Below, in pieces: positions 48,985 through 57,900 of a DNA stretch of 64,000 bases. The stretch is from NCBI GenBank assembly GCA_963674755.2, contig CAXXVS010000001.1, positions 480,001 through 544,000 of the forward strand. The letters are read 5' to 3'. Origin of the DNA: Desulfobacterales bacterium (lineage in GTDB: Bacteria; Desulfobacterota; Desulfobacteria; Desulfobacterales; UBA5852). Both the position numbers and the translations under genes were made by a program. Under the pieces are notes generated by a model. It searched no databases, was not told the DNA's origin, and worked only from the letters and a program-made list of their open reading frames with translations. Positions within the stretch are counted from its first letter, which is position 1; the number at the start of each line of letters is the position of its first letter.

Positions 48985-51900
48985 TTATGAGGCGCGCCGG
49001 GCGCTGCCGGTTTGCAGGGCATGCAATATCTGATCTTCCCCGGCCAGCCGGTCCACCTGGACCATCTGGAAGTCGTCGATGGCCATGTGCAGGCGGCCCG
49101 CTTCATCCACCAGACGAAGCTGGTAGGTATTGGTTTCCTCGCCCTGGTCGGTCTTTTCGGTGATGCACAGATAGGGCCTGCCCTTGGCGAGGGGCCGGTA
49201 GAAGCGCATGCGGCCGATGGCGTATGGCAGAACGATGATATTGGTGGTCATGACCTCGAGCATGCCGCCGGTCTGGAACATGGCATCCACCACGGCCACA
49301 TCGGTCAGAAAATCCGGCTGGGGGCAATCCGCAAAGAAAGGCTTCGTGCTGCGATTGACGATGCGGGAGATCAGCCGTTGGGGTTCGAAAGAGACAATGT
49401 CCTCCACCGTCCGGAAAAGGCCGTCCATGAACAGGCGCGACGGGTGGTAGAGCAGTTCCTGGATGTCACCGGCATAGTCCACGGGCCGAAACGGCGGCAG
49501 CGTGACCTGTTCGGAGGGCAGCGGCGTCGGTCCGAACCGGTAGGCGCCCTGGTAGTGCAGGGTGGGTTCGCCCATGGCGATGCCTTTGGGGTTGCGGAAC
49601 TGGGAACGGATGCGGCAGTCGAAGACCTCGTCATCCTTCTCTGATCGAACGGCTTCCACCAGGATTTCCTTGGGGCGTCCCTTGAGGATCTTAATGCCGT
49701 AGGGGATTTTGAAATCCCGCACTTCCTGTAGGGCGGCCTGCGGCGGGACCAGGGTGGCGGCCGCCTCGGCCATGGCTTCAATGCCGGTGGCGCCTAGGAA
49801 AATCGGGATGTCCTCCCGGCTGTGATCCAGCAGGAAAAGGTCCCGCTGGAGATCCAGAATGCGGCGGTAGATCCGGCTGTCCGCCGTTTGTTCCACAAGG
49901 CGATCGAGGAAGGGCGCCTGGGGGCCGGCCGGGGCAGCATCCTCGGGCGCTAAAAGACCGTCGGTGTCAAAGGCGCGGTCGATGCCGGAGAACACCACTT
50001 CGGAAGTGTTTGTGTCCCCCAGTTCTTGCATGAAATGCGCCACACCGTCTTCCAGGGGCAGGAAGGTCAGCCCCCGCTGCTTGAGGACCTTATTGACGGT
50101 TTCGTTGGTGGCCATGCCGGCGCCCTCCCAGGCGGTCCAATCGAAAATCTTGACCATCGTGTCGGGGTGGAGCGCTTGATAGTGCTGCAGCATTTTTCCG
50201 ATGGTGTCGTTGGCGGCCGTGTAATCCACCTGCCCCTCGTTGCCCAAGCGGGCGGTGACCGACGAAAAGGCCATGAGGTAACGCAGGGGATTTCCTTCCA
50301 GGGCTTTCAGGAGATTATGCAGACCGCGAACCTTGGTGTCGAACACCCGATCAAAGGAGGCCATGGTCTTCTTGGTGATGAACTGGCTTTCTTCGATGCC
50401 CGCGGCATGCAGCACGCCGTCCATTTTCCCGGTCCTTGCCAGGACCGCGTGAACGCTCGCGGCATCGGTGACATCCACGGCATGGTAGGTCACTCCGGCC
50501 CCCGAAGCGCGCAGGGTTTCAAGGTTGCGCAGGGAGGCCCGCAGGTTGAGCGTCCGGTTGAGGGCCTGTTTGACGGCCAGCGGCTTGGCCTCCGGCATCC
50601 GGGTTTTCAGCCGGGCCATGAGGGCCGGGAGGTCCAATGCCGGGTCGGCCAGGTCGGCATCCAGGTCGTCGAGGTTGCTGCGGCCCAGGATCACCAGCTT
50701 CACTTTGACGGCGGCAGTCAGCGCTTTCAGAATTTCAAAAGTGATGCCCCGTGCGCCTCCGGTAACGAGGAAGGTATCGCCCTCGCGAACGAAGCGCTTC
50801 CCCGTGTGCGGTGCCTGGGGGGTGAGCTGCAGGACCCATTTATTGCCGTTGGCGTACCCGCATTCCACCCGCGGATCGCCGGAGAGCAGTTCATCGAGCA
50901 GCGTTGTGACAATGGTCTCCGGAGCCTGCCGGAATTCGCTTTCAGCCAAATCCACGACCTTGACCCGGGTGTCCTTAAGTTCTTTGTTGACCGTCTTCAG
51001 CATGCCGGCCAGGCCGGCCATGAGCGGATCGATGGCCGCGCTGGTTTTCCGGTACGGGAATACGGTCGAGTGCACCGTCGGTACGGCGATAAAGGTCCCC
51101 GGGCGATCGAGCTGGTCATAGAGCCCCCGGATCAGGACGAAGAAGGCTTTCAGACTGCCGGCGATCCGCTGGGGCGCCAGGCGATCGGCCGTGCCGTAGG
51201 TTTCCAGGGGGAGCAGATGGATCACGCCGTCGATGCGTTGGCCGCTATCCAGCAGATGGCCGGGCAGGGCGGAAACCTTTTGGCGATCCTGCCAGTCGCA
51301 GGGGAATTCGACACTGTCGCCTGATCCCACAAGCACGGCATGTCCGCCCCGGGCCGTAATGTGCTCCGCCATCACGGCGGCCAGCTGGCTGCCGCCGGTC
51401 GTGATCAGGACCCGTTGCCCTGTCATTTTATCCGCCGGCCTGCTCGATTCATTGGCAGCCGGCACCGCTTCGATCACCAGACGCTTGACTGCGCTGTCCA
51501 GCGGCACGGCCGCGACAGGTCCGCGAGCGGCGGGTTCGGCCGCCGCCGGCGTCTCGGTTGTGGCTTGGGCTTCAGGGGAACCAGGGAGTTGTTTAGCGAG
51601 ATAATCGCTCAATTTGGCGATGGTGTTAAGATCGCGCAGTTTGAGGTCTTCGGGGACCTCGATGCCGAAGCGCTCGGATACCTTTCCGAAGATTTCCACC
51701 TGTTTGACGGTGTCGATGCCCAGATCGGCTTCCAGGTCGAGGCCGTCTTCGAGCATGTCGGTGGTATAGCCGGTCTGCTCGGCGACGATGGCCTTGACCG
51801 TGGCCTGGACATCACCATCGGCGGATTGCATTTCGACGGCCGGGGTCTGGGGCGCTGTAGCGGCGTTGCCCACCGGTACCTTTTGGGCCAGATAATCGCC

Positions 51901-54900
51901 CAGTTTGGCGATGGTGTTGAGATCGCGCAGTTTGAGGTCTTCGGGGACCTCGAGACCGAAGCGCTCGGAGAGTTTGCCGAAGATTTCCACCTGTTTGACG
52001 GTGTCGATGCCCAGATCGGCTTCCAGGTCGAGCGCGTCTTCGAGCATGTCGGTAGTGTAGCCGGTCTGCTCGGCGACGATGGTCTTGACTGTGGCCTGGA
52101 CGTCGGTGACGGCCGGTGTTTCCGTCGCCGGGGCTTGTTGCTGGGTAGCGGCCGTGCTTTGACCGGGCATTTTTGGGGTCAGATAGTCGCCCAGTTTGGC
52201 GATGGTGTTGAGGTCGCGCAGTTTGAGGTCTTCGGGGACATCGAGGCCGAAGCGCTCGGAGAGTTTGCCGAAGATTTCCACTTGCTTGACGGTGTCGATG
52301 CCCAGATCGGCTTCCAGGTCGAGGCCGTCTTCGAGCATGTCGGTGGTGTAGCCGGTCTGCTCGGCAATGATGGCCTTGACCGCGTCCAACATATTCCCGT
52401 CAGCGGCGACTGGCGCCGGTGCCGCCGCCGGCAATTGGTTCTCGGAAAGCGGTTTGGCCTCTGCCGCAGCGACCGGTTGGGACTTGGGCGGCGTGTCGGT
52501 GACCGGCGAAATGACGGTCGGGTCGATACACAGGGTGTTGTTGATGGTCGTCAGGCGGGGCCGTTTGAGGCCACTGATCTTTTGTAGCCAGGCCTGGTAG
52601 CGCGGATTGTCGGCGGCCCGGTTCTCTTCGATACGGCGGATCATGAGAAAAGCGAAGTGGGATCCGAATCCGGCGGCATAGTGCAGACCGAACTCGAAGG
52701 GCCCCTTGGACGCGTCCCGGCTGAAACGCAGGTCCCGGAACTCCTCCGGAATGTTGCTGAGGTTGGCGATGGGCGGCACCTGGTTGTGCTGAAGGGCCTT
52801 GACCATGACGGCGTCTTCGATGGCGGCGCCCAAAGTATGCCCGGTATAGCCTTTGGTATTGGTGATGGTGATGTCGCGGTAGTGTTCCGGAAAGGTCTTC
52901 TTGAGGGAGGCCACCTCGGCCGAGGCGCTTCCGCCCCGGGCAGGGGTGAAGGTCTCGTGGGACATGAAGACCATCTTGCGGGTGTAGTCGCGGCGATCGA
53001 GATCGTGACGGTGTTCCACCCGGCGCACGAAGCCTTCCATCTCCTCGGTCAGATGGCCGAGGTCGATCTGGGTGGCGTGATAGGCGCTGTTGCCGATATA
53101 GGTGCCCAGGATTTCGGCCTGACCGTTCAAGCCCCGCTCCCGGACCTGGTCTTCGCGTTCCACGATGAGGGAAACGGCGCCGGCGCCTAAAATGGTGCCG
53201 TTGCGGTCGGCGTCAAAGGGTTTGGCGGCCTCGGCCACCACGTTTTTGATGCTGGCGGCTCCGAGGGCCAGAAAGCCGGAAGCGATCCACGGACTTTGGG
53301 TTTCCGAGGTGGAGGCCTCGCCGCCGATCACGACGACCCGGTCGCAGCGTCCGGTGCGGATCCAGTCCTCGGCCACTCCGACGGCCTGGGTGGTGGAGGC
53401 ACAGGCGCCGCTCATGAGCATGTTGGGCCCCTTGGCTTTGATCAGCTGGGCGAAGTGGGCCGATCCCAGAGGCACCACATCGAAGAGCAGGTTGCGCTCG
53501 AACTGGTAGGTGCCGTATTTCTTGCGGCGCTCCTTGATTTTGAAAAACCAGTCGGTGATCTGTTCCTTGATGTCCGCGTCCCGCACGGATTCCATCAGAT
53601 GGTAGTAGATGTTCTCCAGCTCCTTGTAGGGCCGCACGTAGAACTTGTTGTAGTAGTATTTGTTGAGTTGCTCGATCAGGGTTTCAAACCCCGGAAAGAG
53701 AGAGGTCATGATGACGCCCGTGCGCCCCTGGAGCTCCCGCGGCAGGGCATAGCCGGCCGGAATCTGCTGCCCGGTGGAGGTTTGCTTGTGCTGCAGAACC
53801 AGGGGGATATGGGCGTCTTTGAGGGCCTCGATGCCGGCGGCGATGGCCAGGGAGATCGTGATGTCGTAGTCATAGTCCACGCCGTACTCGTTTTTCAGAT
53901 TGAAATAGCCGAGTTTGCCGGCTAGCTGGATCACGTCCTGGGTGTCGGTGATCTTGAGAAAGCGGGCATTGCCGTCGGGCTGCTTGAACACCCGGGTGAT
54001 ATTCATGTCGACAATTTTCTCCTTCTCCTGGGCGGAGAGCGGCTCGATAAAATTGTTGCCGCTGAGAAGCTTGTCGAAGTTGTTGGAATTGAAGACTTTG
54101 TTGCCGGTGCCCGGCAGTCCGATGGCGGTTCCGGCCACGACGGTCTTGCCCGTATAGAAGTTGAAGCGCTCCACCTCCTTGAGGGCCTGCTCCCGCTTCT
54201 GCTTCAGAAACTCCTGGTAGAGTACGCCCCGCAGGGCCTCTTCATTCTTCTGAAGAAAGGCTTCGAAGTCCGGGGCTTCCGCCAGGGCGGGTGGGCTGAC
54301 AACCTCCTCCGGCAGGTGGTCCGGGGAGGCCTGTGACGCCGCTTCGGCGGCATCTGTTCTTGCGATCAAGCCTTCTGCTGCCAGATGTGCTTTGAATTCC
54401 GCGAACGATTTGGTTTCACCGGCCTTGGCATCCACCGACGGCCGGGCATGGTAGTCTTCGATGCGGATATTCTTCAGTAGGTTGACCAGAATGCGGCCAG
54501 CGCCGATTTCGTAAAACCGAGCGTGGCCGGACTGGCGCACCCGCTCCACCGAGCGGATGAATTCCACCGGCGAGACGATCTGGCGCACCAGCAGGGCTTT
54601 GATCTCCTCGGTCTCTTCCGGATAGGGCGCAGCCGTCACGTTGGAGATAATCCGGCTGGTGTCCACCGGCCGGAAGGTGACGTCCCGCAGGTAGGCGGCC
54701 ATGCTGTCCGCCGCGCTTTGGAAGAGCGGCGTGTGGAAGGCGCCGGAAAGGGCCAGGGCCTTGAACATGACCTTGACTTCCTTGAGGTAGCCTCCGAAGG
54801 CTTCGATGGCCTCCTGGGCGCCCGAGACGGCGGTCTGGTTGTCGCTGTTCTTGTTGGCCACATAGATGTTGCGGATGCGGGAGGCCCGGATCAGCTGGTG

Positions 54901-57900
54901 GACGCGGTCGGCATTCTTGAAGACCACCATGATGCGGCCCGGCTGAACCTCGGTGGCCGCCTTCATGAAGTCGGCCCGTTTGACGATCAGCTGCATGGCG
55001 GCTTCGAAATTCAGCAGGCCGGCGCAGTACAGGGCGGTGTATTCGCCCACGCTGTGGCCGATAAAGCGGTCCGGTGCAAAGCCCCGGGCGGCCAGATCCG
55101 TATAGATGGCCGCCGAGCTCAAAAAGACCGCCGGCTGGGTGTTTTCGGTCAGGTTCAAACGGGCATCTTTGCCGAACATGATATCCAGCAGGCTGTAGCC
55201 GCGCATCTCCTGGAAGATCCGGTTGCCCTGGTCCAGGGTGGCCCGGATGGAGCGGTTTTCATGGTAGAGATCCTGCAGCATGCCGCCATACTGGGCCCCC
55301 TGGCCGGACACAAGCGCCACCACGCCGTTAGGTTTCGTGGGGATGGCGGCTGCGGGGCGGCGTGTCACCGCCGCGGTGGCTGTTACGGCCGGTTGGACGT
55401 CCGTTTGCAGCCAGGGCGGCAGGGTGCCGACTACGGTGTGGCCGTGGTTGCCGCCCACCCCGTTGACATTGGCGGCGAAGTAGAGGGTCTGCCGATTTTC
55501 CGGCTGTCGCAGGCGGGCGTTGGGCGCGAGACATGAATCGGAGCCCACAATGGCGGTATCGGGTGCGTAGCTGAAGTTGGGCAGCAGGGTTTGGGCACGG
55601 TTCATGAGGAGCAGCTTGGCAAGGGCGACGGCCGGGTTGGCGGATTTGAAATAGCCGAACTCCGGCTTGATGTTGCCGAAATAGACCGGCCGGTCAAAGG
55701 TGCGCTCGATGGCCTGCTTCTCCATCTGATCAAGCAGGCTGTTGGCCACGCCGAAGACGTCCAGGTGATCGATCTGGCGGGTGTTGACCGGCAGGCGGCG
55801 ATAGCTGTCCCGGATGGTGTCCCGATAGACTTTTTCGGACGGGGCCAGAAGATGGTCCGGCACGGAAGAACGGAAGGCGCTGTGGAGGAACTCGCCGATC
55901 ACAGGCATGCGGTGCTTTTTGGCATGGCCGTAGGTGGTCATGACCAGCAGGGCCGCGCCTTCGCTCATAACATAGCCCTTGGCCTGCTTGTCGAAGAAAC
56001 GGCAGTCTCCGTCGGACAGCAGGCTCAGGCGTTTGAAGGCCAGCATCACGGTGGGGTAGAAATTGGCGTCCACTCCGCCGGTTAGCACGCTGTCGAACTC
56101 CCCGCTGCGCAGGCCCATGGCCGCCAGCCGGGTGGCCACGGTGGCCGACGCACAGGAGGCGTCCACCACGAAATTGGCCCCGTTACAGCCGAAGGTGTTG
56201 GCAATGCGTCCGGAAACGATGTTGGACAGCAGACCGGGGATCGTGTCCTCGTTATTTTCAGGAATGCGGTCCCGGATTTGCTCCCCCAGACGGGCGGCGA
56301 TGGCTTTTTTGGTTTTCTCCGCGGTGCCTGCCAGGCGGTTGATGATGCCTTCGATCATCCCCAGGCGGACCCGCAGGATGTTCTGCACCTGGCGCTCCCC
56401 CGGCAGGGTCCCCAGCACCACCCCCACCCGGTTGCCGTGGGCCAGCTGGGATTCCAGGGTGGCGGCGTCGATGGCCTGCCGGGCGGCATCCAGGGCGAAG
56501 AGCTGGGCCCGGTCCAGGGAACGGGCCGTGGCCGGCGGGATGCGGAATTGCACGTTGTTGAAGCGGTAGTCCTTCACCACCCCGGCTTTGACGAGGGGGA
56601 TGTGGTAGCTGGCGTCGGCCGGCTCGGCGGCATAGGCGCTGTTATGAAAGCGTTCTTCCGGGATGGTGGACAGCACCGATCGGCCTTCGGTCAGGTTGTG
56701 CCAGAAGGTATCCACGTCCGGCGATTCCGGCAGTACGACGCCCATACCGGCAAAAACGATGCGGTCGTCGTTGAAGTCGTAGTCCAGGTCGGCAAAGATG
56801 CGGCGCGGCCGGCAGGTGTGTTCGGGAGTGTGCTCGGCCACCACGCAGTGGTAGTTGATGCCGCCGAAGCCGTAGGAGCTCACGGCCGCCATGCGCGGGC
56901 GGCCGGCGTCGGCCTCCCACTCCCGGGCCTCCTCGATGATATAGAGCGGGGTGTCCCTAAGGCTGTGGGCCGGGGCCAGCGTTTCGAAGCGGCCGTTGGG
57001 GGGCAGGGTGTGATGGTTGATGGCCAGAATGGCCTTGATCATGCCGGCATAGCCGGCGCCGCCCAGCAGATGGCCGATCTGGGATTTGATGGAGCTGATG
57101 CCGATGGGGTGCTCGCTCCGGTAGATTTTCTTGAGCGTTTCGATTTCGGCCTGGTCGCCGGCGATGGTCGATGTCCCATGGGCTTCGATATACCCGATGT
57201 CGGAAACCGTCACCGGATCGCGCATGTCCGCAAAGCAGCGTTCCAGCGCCAAGGCTTGCCCGTCGGGGTTGGGGGCGGCGATGGCTTTGCCTTTGCCGTC
57301 CGAGCTGGATCCGATGCCTTTCACCACGGCATAAATCTTGTCTCCGTCCCGCAGGGCGTCTTTCAAGCGTTTGAGGACCACCACGCCGGCGCCTTCCCCC
57401 AGGACGAACCCGTCGGCCCGGGTATCGAAGGGGTAGGAACCTTTGGCCGAAAGGGCTCCCATCTTGGAAAATCCCACGAAGGATTCCGGGGCCAGGTTGG
57501 TGTTGACCCCGCCGGAAATCACCAGGTCGTATTCGCCGCTGAGCAATTCCTTGACAGCACAGTCCAAGGCGGCAAAGGAAGTCGCGCAGGCTGCGTCCAC
57601 CACATAGTTGATGCCCGTGATGCCCAAATGGTGGGCGATGCGGGAGGCTTCGATATTGAGCAACTGGCCGTGCACGGGTTCGTAGTCCATCCCGTTGGCC
57701 ATGCCCTCGCGCAGGGTCGTGAGCAGCGCTTCGCGTTCGTCTTCCGCCAGGGTGTTGAATTCCTCGATCTGCTCCAGGTGATGACGTACTTCGGGATACC
57801 AGTATTTCAGGTGCAGATCGTTGCCCAGTTCGTTGCCCAGGCAGGTGGCCACAATGACGGCCGTGGAGGCCTGGTAGGCCGCATCCAGACTCAAATCCTC

